Source: Syncephalis fuscata S228 (lineage: Eukaryota > Fungi > Zoopagomycota). Taken from it: DNA of 64,000 bases. The translations under genes and the position numbers were made by a program. Every line of letters starts with the position of its first letter. Position 1 is the stretch's first letter. Below, piece after piece: positions 50,401 to 64,000 of the stretch. The DNA lies in assembly GCA_025786725.1 (NCBI GenBank), contig JAHLTZ010000035.1, positions 186,001 through 250,000 of the forward strand. The letters run 5' to 3'. Under the pieces are notes generated by a model. The model was not told the origin of the DNA and ran no database searches. It was given only the letters and a program-made list of their open reading frames with translations.

Positions 50401-53400
50401 TATATTGATTTATATTATTAATTAAATAACTTATATACTATATACTATATACTATATACTATATACTATAACTATAACTTATAACTTATAAATTACTAGT
50501 CCGGCTTTTTATATGATGTTTTGGCAATTAAGTGCCTATGATATTTATGTACCAGAAACTCAATATACAGCTCAAGAAAGAACATTACGTGATGAACGAC
50601 AAGATATTGAACGTGGTCACCGTAATCTGGTATGTATTATATATAATATACATATATATAATATACAACATATACATATATACATAATTATTTATATATA
50701 TCTATATGTTTATAGATCTATCAAAGTAATAGCATTAGACATACAATGTGTAGTCGAATCAATGGATGGGAAAAGGGATTACGTATGGAATTAGAGACAC
50801 ATAAGAAACATACCGCATCTATTCATAATCTATTAGAACAAGAGAAACAACAATGGTTTAATCATAGTAAGTTATTAATCCAATTTTATTTATTATTTAT
50901 TATTCATTCATTCATTATACTTTATAGTTAAAGATCCAAGAAAGACGGCAGCTTATGTATTCCAATATTGTATTCGACCTCGATTACTATTCTCTGATGT
51001 GGATGCCCTTTATTGTTTTAAATTTATTGAGACAATGCACCAATTGGCAGTACCTGGTCTATGGACCATGGGTCTATATAACTCTATATTGCGTCGATCT
51101 TTATCTAATTGGATATTTTCTTGTACGGAAAAGGAAGCCAAACGACTTGGACAATATATGAAACATATTCTAATTCAATTAACAAAATGGCATATGAAAG
51201 AAGGTGAATTTGTTAAGGTTAGTTATTAAGTATACTATTTATCTATTAATTAAAACTAATCTATATCTATATCTATATCTATATGTATATCTATAGAATG
51301 GACGTGGTGATGGATGGCCAGGATTTACTAAGCAGCCATTAATGTCATTATTACAAGTAGTACCTGTCCATGCTGATCAACAAATGTCACTTGATGATTT
51401 AACTCAAGCCATGATTACTTGGCATCGATATCTACATGAAGTAAGTACACAATATATAGATATTATAACCACTAATATAAATATAAATATTAATGTAAAT
51501 ATAAATATAAATAGACATTTGCTGATTGTTTAGCATCAGGAGAATACATGCAAATACGAAATGCTATTTCAATTCTAACCGAGATTCTTGACTATTTCCC
51601 ATTAATTGATCGACCAGGCCGTATTATGCAATCAGAATATGTTAAGAAATTACAAGAAGATGAAAGAAATGATTTACGTATTCTTGCTATTGGGTAATTA
51701 CATATTATATATATATATAATATACATACCTACTAATGAATATAATATAGATACTATGCCAAACTAAAATATAAAAGTACAAGTTGGATTACCATTGATT
51801 CATTTAAAAAGAGAAACGAATTCCTGCATCGTCATCCAATACCATAAGTACATCAACTCCAATGACATCACCACCACCACCATCAACCACCACCACCACC
51901 ACTACAACTGTTAGTGGATCAAAGTCAATGACTACTGATGTATCTACTACTCTATTAGGAACAACATCCACATCAACCTCATCTACATCAACCTCATCTA
52001 CATCTCATGTACAAACTACTCCATCTTCACATCTATCACGGGGTGGATCAAGTCGATCAAGTCATGCAAATGATAGACATGAAAGTAAGTAGTTAATTCA
52101 TTACATCTACATGATTAATTAACACAATCTATTGATCTATTGATCTAATTAAATAGGAGGTTCTAGTAAAGATAAACTGTAAGTAGATTGATAGATATAC
52201 CACATAATTACTATAACCATTAATATAGAGAATCTACTACTACTAGTGTCAATGAATCATCTACATCCATCACTATGACCACTACTTCTCATACTGGTGC
52301 AACATCAACTACTGGATCACGATCACATCGAGATAATACATCCAATGTACGTAGTTCTGTATTAGAAGCGGCTAAAATGGCTGCCCGTTCAACACACGAC
52401 AAGACTAGTGATCATCGCCATAATGATGCAAGATCAACTGCTATAACCGCAACATCTAATACATCTAATCAACAAGTATCAATGTCCAATACTACATCTG
52501 GATTAGATGTACCAACCACAGCTACTACAACTACTACAACTACTACACCCGTAGTTGCAACCACCACAGCTGCAACCACCTTCGCATCTTCTACTCCAAC
52601 TCATGAATCTAGAACACGTAAAGATACATCCAATGAAGATAGAAGATACCGTCATGATAATGATAGAGATCGTAGATCCAATAGAGATACTCGTGGTACA
52701 CCAACTACAACTACACCGAGTACAACAACCACAAGTATATTGAATACGAATACCGAACGGGATCGTCGTAGTGATACACATTTCAATACTGTGGATGACC
52801 GTAGATCACATGGATCAACATCTATGAATTCTATTAATAATATTGTTAATAATACAGATGAATATAATCATGAACGACCTCGATCTAGAGATACTCGATC
52901 TAATCGACGACATCCTCATTCAATGAATCCATCATCTGGATCTCATTATAACAATAACAAATACAATAAACATTTAGATCATTATGACGGGGATAATGGA
53001 CAGCCATCATTATTACAGTCATCACCACCACCACCATCATCATCATCACAACCACTACCACCACCATCTCAGTCTAGAGGTAGATCTGATCGTCGACGAG
53101 ATAACAATTATTATAACCATAACCACAATAACAGTAATAGTAATAACCATAATAATAATGATACAGAAACAATATCTAACTATCATCAACAAGGTCAAGG
53201 TCAAGGTTATCATTATCAAGGGAATAATAATAACAATAATAGTAATAGTAATAATAGTAATAATAGTCAACATCGACATTATACACCAAATACTAGTAAT
53301 CCTGGTAATATAGTTGAAGGACCATCTGAATCTAATAGACGTGGATCTGGTCCAATTACCTCTATTACTGCTACCACATCTGTTAATACATCTTTTCCAT

Positions 53401-54543
53401 CTACTGAACCATCTCCATCGTCCAATGCACCTATAATAAATACAGGTCGGGATAGAGAGAAGGGTGGTAATAGTGGTGGTGGTGGCAGTAGAGATAGAGA
53501 TTATCGTGGACGTCGTAATGATTATGATCGTGATATGAGAAAAGATAAAAAGGTAAATCATATTAATGTATAATATAGTAATGTATAATATAGTAATGTA
53601 TAATATATTAATATACTATTTAATTATTAGGATCGAATAAATGATGGATTAGAATCTGATCGGTCTAAACGATCACGTACAAGTTATCCATCCACAACAA
53701 CATCAACAAACGATCATACAAATTATCATGGTAATTATTAATTATTTATATTAATAACTAGTTATTAACATCTATTAGATGAATCATCAAATAAAGATTG
53801 GAGAATGAATAAAAAGAGACCGGCTGATCAAGAACTAACAGGTCCACATTCAAAGTCTAATATGCAAGATCCAAATCTACCTAAAGCACCACGTAGAATG
53901 CAGCCACCTACATCCAATTCATCCAATGATGCACCACCATTACAAGTAACGACATCTATTCAAGAATCATCAAGTCAATTAGGTAGAGAAGGAGGAGGAG
54001 GAGGAGGAGGAGGGAGGAGAAGGATCACCACCTACTACTTCAACAACAACAGGAAGATATCGTTCTAATAGAAATAACAATAACAACAACAATAATCCAG
54101 TTGATGCATCAATTCATCATACACGTCAATCGGATCAAAATGCTCGTGAAAAACGAGCACGTCGATTTGGACTACCTTCATCTCAAGATACTATGACATC
54201 ATCATCATCACCATCCATACTACCACCACAGAGACATATTATTAATAATAATAATACATCTAATGAATCTACTAACTATCACCGACCACAACAACATCGT
54301 TATAACAATAACAACAACAACAATAACAATAATAACAACAATAACAACAATAACAACAACAACAATAACAACAACAATAACAACAATAGTAATGGTGGTG
54401 GATCTTTTTACCAAAGACATAATGGATCTCAATTTAATCGATCATCTTCGAATAACCATATGAATAACAACAACAATAACCATAACAACAGTGGAGGAGG
54501 AGGAGGAGGAGGAGGAAGAAGACGTGTAGGCGGTAGACGATAG
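46603..54543 (+). CDS. THO2: THO complex subunit 2, many exons, long low-complexity C-terminal tail, several apparent frameshifts
   Basis: [103 protein letters not shown] and EYMQIRNAISIL. Confidence 0.92.
54302..54387 (+). repeat. (AAC/AAT)n microsatellite encoding poly-Asn; poly-Gly (GGA)n tracts nearby at ~53991 and ~54493
   Basis: Direct reading of the sequence. Confidence 0.95.
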
Positions 54544-54733
54544 TAGTAATATTAATAGTAATATTAATAGTCAAAGTTATAGTAAAAGTTTTTGTATACA
54601 TTATATTTTAATTAAAGACAGTTTAATTATCGCAAATTATGATTTCCTTCATGTGCAGAATCAATCATTTGTTGGCGCCATTGCCAATAACTAGAATTAG
54701 TATCACTTGGATCTATATCTTGTCGAGTTGGAT

Positions 54734-56438
54734 TCATTCTTGTTGATGTATTTTATTTGTAGACTCCATGTCATCATATTCATTGGCTTCCATGACTGCT
54801 CGAATAGCATCGGGTAGCTGAATAGTGACATCGACCATAGACCGTGGTGTATCGGTAGATATTTGTCGTTGATGGTATTTCATTTCTGGTAATGGTATCG
54901 ATTGTGCTTCTTCATCGGCTACTGCTCGAGCTAGATTATAAAGAGCATTACTTGGATCTAGATCAGATTCAGGACGCATGCCACGAGTGGAGGCCATTGC
55001 TTGCGTTAGACCACCAGCTTGCATCGCCGACGGTGTCATATTACTGCCAATCGTGGTTGATTCAGGCAATGAACTAAATACATTCTGAGCAAAGCTTGTA
55101 CGGGGCCAGCCTAAATCGTACTCATCATCGGCTAATAAGCCGCGGTAATTGTAGTCGGCATTCTTCATATTATCGAGTACATTCGCCGTATTGGATACAG
55201 GGAATAGACTGTCGTGAATACCTGGTTGTTGTACAGTAGCATCGAATGAAGGCGGACTATGATCACCCCGATGATAGGAACGATCACTAATAGTGGCTGA
55301 ACGAGATATTTGGCCCGTTGGCGTAATAAAATGTTCTACATTATCGACAAAGGTTGCAGATTGGCCTTGCTTCAATGTAGTCTTACGGGCCATTGTTACT
55401 TCAGTTTGTTCCGACATATCGGTACGTGATGATTCGGCAACACTAATACGGTGGTTTTGGCGTGAATCCTTTACCGTCATCATACGGCCGTTATAAGATG
55501 TATCGGCATCCATGTTACGGGATACGGCAGCGGTAGCAGCAGCTACCATAGCACCTAGTGTCATGGTTGGTGCATTGTGTTGACTATTTAGTGATGGATT
55601 CGAGCCAGTAGCGCCATGATATTCATAGGCATTGTGTGAATCGAGTGATGCAGCCATATAACGAGCAGATCCTTCAGTTTCAGCTGGTACATCAGACATA
55701 GGTACAGCCATATGGGCCGTGCCGCTCTCAATGGTCATGGAAGTGATATCTGCTAATGCTTCAGTGGCACCGGCAGCTGCTTGGAATCCACCCCATGCAG
55801 TAGGTGGTCGACTCATAGAGAATCGCTCATTATCGTCCTATAATGCCCATTAGTAAGTATATGCGTTATACTGAATAGAATGGCCTATTTACTTACCATA
55901 ACTGATCGGTTATCCTCACTGAATCCAGTTTGACGCGATGCGGCATAAGGACTCTTAAATCCGCTCATATTATGACGGCTACCCGCATATACTCCGGTAG
56001 CATTTAACTGTGCGCCATATCGTGGCTGAGTATCCTTATTACGGCGTTTTTGGCGATACCAAACAAGACCGGCAATAATGGCTGCCACACCTATACCACC
56101 GCATACACCGCCAATAGCAATTGGTACAATTTTTGTGATGACGATCCCGAATCGGCACTTGATGAACTTTGTGCATTACGCGACAATGTCATACTCGTTT
56201 GGCACTTGGCTGTTGGACATTTGGTACAGGATTGAATGGTTAACACGCATACTTCATCGGGTCCACATACACTATCGCAAGCTGTTTGTTTAGGACAACT
56301 AACACAACCTGCACCAAGAGTTGGTTGTTGCGCCGCGGGACTTGTATTAGACGCAGTTTGTTGTGGTGTGGCCAACACAAATACCACGCCATACAAAAGC
56401 GCAATAATTGAGCGTTGGTAGAATAGGGAAAGCTGCAT
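54734..56438 (-). CDS. Opy2-like type I membrane anchor protein (Cys-rich ectodomain, one TM, long cytoplasmic tail); apparent frameshift near 56130
   Basis: Signal peptide, then CVSCPKQTACDSVCGPDEVCVLTIQSCTKCPTAKC, an 8-Cys pattern matching the Opy2 N-terminal domain. TM segment IVPIAIGGVCGGIGVAAIIAGLVWY is followed by RQKRR. Intron near 55839-55895. Confidence 0.7.
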
Positions 56439-58200
56439 CGTTCGCTACCGATTACTAACAACTCGAATAGGCAAGATCAAAATTACTGGAGTGTAACAGA
56501 ATGATAAGACGGTCTATGTACGGTCGCTGCTCAATGATTGGGTGTTGGTTGGTTGGTTGGTTAGTTAAAAGATAAAAAGACGCCAGGTCTATATAGTAAC
56601 CAGTATAGTTAGTATAAAAGCTCGCCAAGTAATTAATAACGCGAATAGAGTTGCAAAGTGTAAAGCCTGCAACAAGAATATAATAGATGAAGGTAGCAGT
56701 CGACAAGTACGCAAAAATAATATTGTAAGTGTGTACTGGTAAATAATAAGAATAGAGCAAGTAATAGAATGGCGTTGTAACGCTCGTGGATAGTTAAGTG
56801 TTCACCGCTCAGCGTGCAAACAACAACAACAACAACACTTAGCTGGAATAAGGGAAATATATGAAAGAAAGAGTACTTGAGTAAGAGGGAGTGAGGAGAA
56901 AGAGAGAGAGAAAAGAGAGCCAAGATCAGTGTGTGTATCAGTGGGATGCTGGTGCATATTCAAATTTAGAAACAGTAAGGAGAGATCCATACAAATTACA
57001 CCTTTATAGCTCACAATGGTTGTAACCGAGCGGGAAAATAAGGGGCTTAATAAAGAGATGCTACTGTTATCCTTGTTGTCCATTGGTTGAATCCACAATA
57101 CCATACTGGTTAACTAAATATAGCTACTATATAATAGTTATATAATCATAATGATAATAATAATAACAATAACAAAGACTGTAGTATACAAAGATGTAGT
57201 GTACCTCTATAGTTATTGATAGGACAAATCAATGGCGATCATGGACAAAATGAGATGTAAAGTACACGTAGCTAGTTTGATTATGGCAAACACGAGGATA
57301 GTATGGCAGTATTGGCTAGTTAACCGTCTACAGCCAACTTCGTTGGCTAAAGAATAATGCAATGGCTACTTACCCGCTTATCCAGTAAGTAATAGACCGG
57401 TGAGACTATACTAGACGGCAGAACAAGTATATAGACGATACACTCTGAAATAAAATTAAAAAATTGTTACTGCTGAAACGCCCCTAGCAAAAATTAGAGA
57501 AATAGCAATTACGTTAAAGCACACCAACAAATGCTAGTGTGCTTGTGCGTAATCAACGTAGAATAATGGCGGAAAACTAATGGAAATAGGACGAATCACT
57601 AAGCAATGCGTCCAACTAACGTCAATAGACGTAACTAGTAACAAACAAACAGACAGTGAAGAAGAAAGGGAGCGACAGTAGAACAAGAAAGGTAGACTAG
57701 GCGAATCAAGGTGGTCACCACAGTAAGAAGAATGGCACGCTACCTTTCGTATTGTTTAATTGTCTTATCACTTTTCTTAAAATGTTCATTTCTTTAAAGA
57801 GACAAGTCCGATGTTTTGTTGATCTTTATTGGCCATTTAGACAAGCAACGAACAGTTTGAAACAGAAGCGGGGTTACCATAGGCCCATTGTTCATGCCGC
57901 GTGTTTATGCTACTGTATCGCCATGCCCACTGTATCGTTGCATGGCCACATCGCGTTTATTGTATCAGATTATAGTGATGTAAACTATAGCACTATTTTA
58001 CATTACAAAATGTGTCAACATGTGTAAAGTGTTGTAGAAATGATATGTTAACAAAATAACAATGTTTTAATTAATTGTATAAATGTCAGTGGATCACCAA
58101 ATATGGTAAGCAATTAAAGGGGCCGATTACTATTTTTATCCATCTACGTGAATAATGCATTTGCGCTTTTCTTCTCTTGCACATACTTGTATTGATCGAG

Positions 58201-59653
58201 ATGGCGCAACTCGACTGGAAGCCTTCAGCATTGTATGACGCGTTTCTTTGTGCACTAGGCACAGCAACGTGTCCCCAAGTGTAAGTAACAAGCCAAACGT
58301 GCCATAACTATGTCTATAGTCAGATTCATCATCTTTACATAGGTTATTGATGATTCTCTATGTTTAACTTTTAACTTTACTGTTGTTCAGTGATGAGCTA
58401 GGCGTGCTACCCAAGGATATGCTATTAGAGGAGAACACGGAACATAAAAGCCCATTTCTATGCGTTGAAAACAAGCTTGGAATTCCTGTTCAACAGATTC
58501 CTTCACTGTATGGCTATGCACGTCAATTGTTATGGTACTGCGAAAAACGCCCTGAGCCGACAGCTACGTGGGAATGCACGTCCCAATTCAACGATACTCT
58601 CTTAGTGAATAATCTATCTACTACTACTACGCCACCGTCTATTGCCTTATCAAATCAAATGCGTGATGTGAATAGCCAAAAATTGCTTACTATTCGGGAA
58701 CAAGCTAGTCGTTGCTTAATGTTGCTACAGCCAGAAAACTACACAGCCATTAATATTCGGCAAGTAACTGAATAGTATATTACTAATAACATGTGAATAT
58801 TCATACACCAAAATAGAAGATCTTTATTATTTAATGAAAAGCAGCTTTCTTTGGCTGATGAATTACATTGGACGAGTATTGCATTGACTGCGCCAAATGG
58901 TCGTAAAAGTGGTGTGGGATGGCAGTATCGGTAAAGTGGAAATGATACGTATTCGAATAAACGATGACTAATACGAACATTCTATTTGCTTATTTAGACG
59001 AGATCTTATATTGTATTCGTCCAATTCGTGGTCATGGCCAGTGCTACAACGAGAGTTGGAGTTGACGGAACGAGCATTTACCTTACATCCACGCAATTAT
59101 TATGCATGGACACAAAGAGCTTGGCTGTTAGACTATACATTAACTAAAATGAGGATATTGCTATTGAAAAACAATTGATAGATGCAGAGGAAAAGTTTAC
59201 TGAACATTGGACAGCAACTCATTTATCGGACTCGGCTGCCTGGCATTACCGGCGTCGTATATTAAGCATAAAATCGTCTATTGATTGTTGGCAAAAAGAG
59301 GCCGTGCGTGTTTGCGACTTGATCGATAGATATTTAGGACATGAGGCTGTTTGGTGTCATTTAAGGCTTATCTATACCTCTTTGAATGAGGCGTCATTGG
59401 CTGAGGATAGAAATGAGTTACTAAATCGACAATTAGATTGGGTAAATTGGCTAAAAGATAATCTACATACTAATTATCGAGAGCCACGTCGTTAAATACC
59501 ATTGAGGCAGTGGATAGTCTACATCGTCAATTACGCAATGCTGAAGCGTATATTATGTGGATAGAATACACCAACACTATTTTAACAAACAAAATCACTA
59601 AAGCGTCTACATTTGTAAAACTAAAACAGCCACCACCAAAACATCCTATTTAA
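58201..59653 (+). CDS. Protein prenyltransferase alpha-subunit repeat protein (PTAR1/ECM9-like)
   Basis: DELG..ENKLGI, PENYTAINIR|R, KSGVGWQYR, HPRNYYAWTQR, HLSDSAAWHYRR and GHEAVWCHLR (PPTA repeats). Apparent frameshifts near 59150 and 59490. Confidence 0.85.
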
Positions 59654-59719
59654 ACCAATTGGTACACTTATAATCCCTTGACAATATGAATATATTTATA
59701 TAAATAAAGTATAAAAGTA

Positions 59720-61241
59720 TTAAATCATTTCATCATCATCATCATTATAATCGTCGCTCATTTGATCGTTCACGTCTAAATCTGACATATTGTTGTTATT
59801 ATTATCCTTTCGATCATAAGTTTTAATTCCATGAATTCGGTCGAGGGAATTGGCGAATTCGTGCTGTACATATAAATCATCTACTAAAGATAATGCATCT
59901 GTTGTAGGTGATGCTAGCATAGCACGCTTATAAGGATGTAATGATTGAATAGACGTCGAAGAATGCTATTAATTAATTAGTTCATCTATTAGCTATTTGG
60001 CTAAATCAATTAAATCTATTTACCTGAAATAAAATTGGTTTTTCTAACTTTAAATAAAGGCCGCGAATAAAGACTAAAAGTGCATCCATAACTTCTTGTT
60101 CTATATATTTGTTATTCAGTTGCAACAAGTGGTTATCAACGGTTTCTTCTGGACCTGTACCAAGTATCTAGATATGTATTTAAGTGATTGGATTAATATG
60201 ATGTATACATAATGACACCGACCTCGTTCATCCTTTCTTTTCTAATCTTTTTGTAATTTACAAATGCTTTTTGATCTAATTCCAATAAATCTTTGAATTC
60301 AGATTGTGTTTCCAATAAGAACGCGGTTTCTATCAAAGTGGAAATATTTTGTTGGTCGCAAAATATCCCTCGAAACCGCCTTACGATTAAATAATGGTTA
60401 TCGGTCAGTGCGATCACAATAGTATTAAACGCACCTGAGTTTGAAGATTTAGCAATAGCTTGAACCATTCAATACGTGTTTTTGTTGCCATGTCTACAAA
60501 TATATCGGCTGAACAGGCCACAAATGCTGGTAATACAGCCAGTAGACCAAGTAGCTGTTCATCAGAAGAGCGCGGTCGACACTCGCACACGACTCGTTAC
60601 GATGACGCCGACATCTTGACATATATGCCCATTGTTATTGGGACGTAATAAAGAGTGACTTACACAGCCAGGACTTAATAGATCTGACGTGCTTGATATT
60701 ACGCCGTTGGTTGGCAAGTTATTTAACAAATGCCGTGGGGATTGGTTGGATTGGAGTTGTATGGATTTGCTTTTTGCTTTATCTTCTTGGCTACGGGTAG
60801 CATCTAATTCATTTGTAGAGGTAAAAGTACTATTTTGCCTCGCTGTATATCGGTCACACACCAATGCTAAAAGTTCAGAAATCTCCCAACGTAATACTAT
60901 CATGTTATTAATATCATTTTCAACCTTTGTTTTTAAATCTAAATAAGTATGTTTAACTTTTAGTTGCGTCATTGACCAGTCATTGACCTACCATTAATTA
61001 CAGCGCTAATTCTAAGAATCTGTGCTTTATAATCTGCTGAATTATAGCGTTCGTTATATAGCGGTATTTGCTTGCTCTCGAGTAAATGAACGGAAGAAGA
61101 TAGACGCGAAGTTCCGTCTGGCTCGTCGGTCAGTTCTCTGGCCGCCAGTAATAGCTGCAGGTTGATTCGCCAATGTAATAAGCAATCAAAGGCGTGCAAG
61201 TTTGCCAAAGCAATCTCACTTGCTGAACTAGACTGAGCCAT
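59720..61241 (-). CDS. Hypothetical helical protein, multi-exon, fragmented by apparent frameshifts
   Basis: Consecutive coding-like ORFs (61241-60969, 60972-60562, ~60560-60220) plus GT-AG-joined exons ending LEKPILFQ| and an acidic tail. No family assigned. Confidence 0.5.
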
Positions 61242-62859
61242 AGAAATGAAAAAACAATGGCATGTATGTGAACAGTTTGTAGATAAATAGTAAAATAGTT
61301 GCACTTTTGATAAATCTATACCGTTAAATCTTAATATTTGCTAATGACTTGGTTTTAAAATTAATATTTAATAAGGTGATTTTTTTAATTGTTATTTCCA
61401 TTTTCAATTCAGCACAAAATAAAATGCAACAAAGCAATGTTAAACGTGTGGCGTATATGTAGATTAGTTATGACTTTACAATCTCAATATGAAATAGACA
61501 AATGGATTTCTTTCGTTCTAATATTTGTGAATACACATTGAAAATTGAGCTCATCGCAAGACTCGGATCTTAGCTAGTAAACATCTTTATACATTTTATA
61601 ATAAACTATTTTAATAATAAATGTAATCTATTTATGTACATGCAATTTTTATTGTCTATGAAATAATATTACAAATTAGCTAACAAGATGGAAATTAAAT
61701 CATGGCCTGGTATATAGAAGAATTAAAGGACACGGGCTCTTCTTACATCTTGATCTCTATCAAACAGACGCTTGGTCGTGTCATGGAGGTGGCTTGGACC
61801 ATAGGCCCAGTTCTGGATTTTTCATTATTTTCCTATTGGCTTTTGTTCATTGGATTTCTACCGCAACGAGATAGGAGCAGTATTATGAGTATAAAAGATT
61901 AAGATGGCAAAAAGGACTTTGCGGCTATTAATTGTTTAAATGTAAACCATTGTGGTGCAACAGAATGGAACTGTTTGACATTCATTATGGGCCTATTGCC
62001 GTAAATACTATATAATTATAAGCAGCAACAATGAAGCTTTTTTAATGATGTTGATTCAATAAGATTGAGAACGTGCAAGCAAGCATGCTAATTACACCAA
62101 AAGAATACTAAATAGAAGACAGAATGTAAAAAGTCTTTATTTTTTAAACAAACTAACAGCGAACAAAGAAATTAAATGTGTCTATATGACGATGTATCGG
62201 ATTGTTGCACGCATGATTGTATAACTAACAAAAACAAACGTGGCACCATCGAAATGGAAGTTTTCATAGTCAGTTGTCTAATTAAATTAATAAAACTTTT
62301 TTGTATTGCGAGAGAAATAAGGCGTGTAGTTTTTGTCTACACGTCTATAATTCATTAAAAAGTGTTGACATTTCTATTTTTACAAGGTCTAGAACTATGG
62401 ATGTAATGATATAGATGTTATTTATGACTTTAAATGCGTGGTATTTTATATAAACCTATTGCATTCGAGACATTCCAATATCTTAAACTGCTGAGCCAAG
62501 GTAATCTAAATAAATATTTAGGAGGGGGGAGGCTTGCGTATAGATCACAAGTCTATCAGCTTAGAACTATGCAACATGTGCATTCGATAGCCCCACTAGC
62601 TCCACATGATAGATACCTGTTTGTAAGGCCTCATGAACGGCTGGACCAATTATTGTCACTCGTCACAAACTATACAATCATGGCCCCATTAGATCAAAGG
62701 TGGCATAGCTAATTTTTAAGCAGAAACTTGATTTTGCATAATGTGAAGATTAGCGACGCATAAATATCTTACCTTGTCGAGGTTTGCCGCACTACCGACT
62801 AAACAATCTTATCCTATTTTTAGTTTAGTATATCAAGTAGACAGTAACCGTCTGCAATC

Positions 62860-64000
62860 ATGTTTTATAAATGCAATTTATTTACGACTGGAGTGGCTCT
62901 ACTTTATTGCTTTAATGTTGTATCCGCTTTGATGACCTATCGTTTGAACAACCAAAATTATTCCTATCCAACACTAGATCCAGTTGAGGTTTTAGTTGAT
63001 GACTATACAATTGATGGCGTACTAGCTATTCCTACATTTGATAAGAATGCAAAATGCCAATTCCTGTTTCCATCACCAGATCTCTCGGCGTTTTTCAGCA
63101 GCGCAAACATTAATAATTCGACGTCTATCATTGTTGCAGCAACGCAGAAAGCTTCAGCAGAGAATGGTTGCGAAACAGTTGCACATGTATGTTATTTAAA
63201 ACAAAACAAGATGTTTACTCAATAATCGACTAATTCGACTTTTTTATTTAGGTTGGTGCAGCCGCTGTTGAACTCAATGAACGCTTGCGCGAAAAAGAAG
63301 GACCATACATAGTTATGGCGGTGTATCTTGTACCACCAACCAATTCTTCTTACTTTGGAGCATTGGAAACGACACCTTACAAATCAACTAGATTCGCCAT
63401 CCCCGATGGACGCCCACCAATAGATATGGTACTCCTACCAGAACAACACCTTGACTTGCCCAAACAAGAGTTTGAAAAAGGAAATGCCGTAGTTTTGACA
63501 GTGACAGAAGGTAATAATTGTTGCAAAATGCAAAGCAATCACTAATCTCACTCGTTAGAACCCGGTATCTGGAACGACTATCTTCTTTCAAAGCCATATC
63601 TAAGCTATATTTATGTGCTCGCCGGTATAACCATCTTGTTTATAATCCGAAATGTAATCTTTTTAATTACTATACTAGATTCAAAAGACTATCCATCCGC
63701 CGAGCGTGTGGTAATCTTTGCGCTTTCTTTCCTTGCAGCCATAAGTATGTGTTAACGCTATAATTACAATGAAATATCTGCTAATGATTGCCTATGCACA
63801 GTCTTTACCATCCAAGTTTTTCATAAAAACTCAACCATTATATACGTTGTATTTGAGCAGTCCAACAATCTATTGGTGCTGATTGCCTTTTACACACTGC
63901 TATTGTTATGGTATGTAAGCACTGATAATAGCACTGCAATTACTGACTTTTCCAAAGGAATAGAATTTTATTAAAGGTCAAAAAAACTCGATTTTTAGTT
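62860..64000 (+). CDS. Signal-peptide protein with a PA-like ectodomain followed by TM helices; runs off the window end
   Basis: Signal MFYKCNLFTTGVALLYCFNVVSA, then GCETVAH|VG, DGRPPIDMVLL, LTVTE|EPGIWND and hydrophobic segments. GT-AG introns near 63187, 63511, 63653 and 63744. Confidence 0.55.

Noticed and set aside
52503-54463. Ile/Val/His-rich alternative-frame and antisense ORFs
   Set aside because: By-products of trinucleotide low-complexity sequence in the THO2 tail.

Overview
This is eukaryotic fungal genomic DNA: AT-rich intergenic regions, many short (about 40-90 nt) GT-AG introns with CTAAY branch points, and one tRNA gene. The gene repertoire and style suggest an early-diverging parasitic fungus, probably Zoopagomycota such as Syncephalis (inference, not verified). 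Housekeeping genes are a single-chain ATP-citrate lyase, an MSS116-like DEAD-box helicase, a PRCC-like protein, a macrodomain hydrolase, a zeta-crystallin quinone reductase, ATG3, THO2, an Opy2-like membrane anchor, a PTAR1/ECM9-like prenyltransferase alpha subunit, a probable SHOC1/Zip2-like meiotic protein and tRNA-Lys(CTT). Between them lie candidate host-interaction genes: an M36 fungalysin, a ricin-B-like lectin, a sphingomyelinase-like EEP enzyme, a 10-Cys small secreted protein, two paralogous orphan 7TM proteins and a PA-like membrane protein. The most notable item is largely missed by the ORF track. A 5-exon gene at 76-1299 splices into a 338-aa protein with a signal peptide fused to a protein-kinase fold (HKDLHSEN catalytic loop, DYD), and it has a decayed paralogue about 36 kb away. 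Other highlights are an FHA-like kinase cassette bracketed by ~500-bp direct repeats, an 8-nt micro-exon carrying that kinase's catalytic residues, and a short dispersed repeat family in at least 5 copies. Many conserved genes have apparent 1-nt deletions, most likely assembly errors. No CRISPR array, rRNA gene or autonomous transposon was recognised. All splicing and alignments were done by eye.
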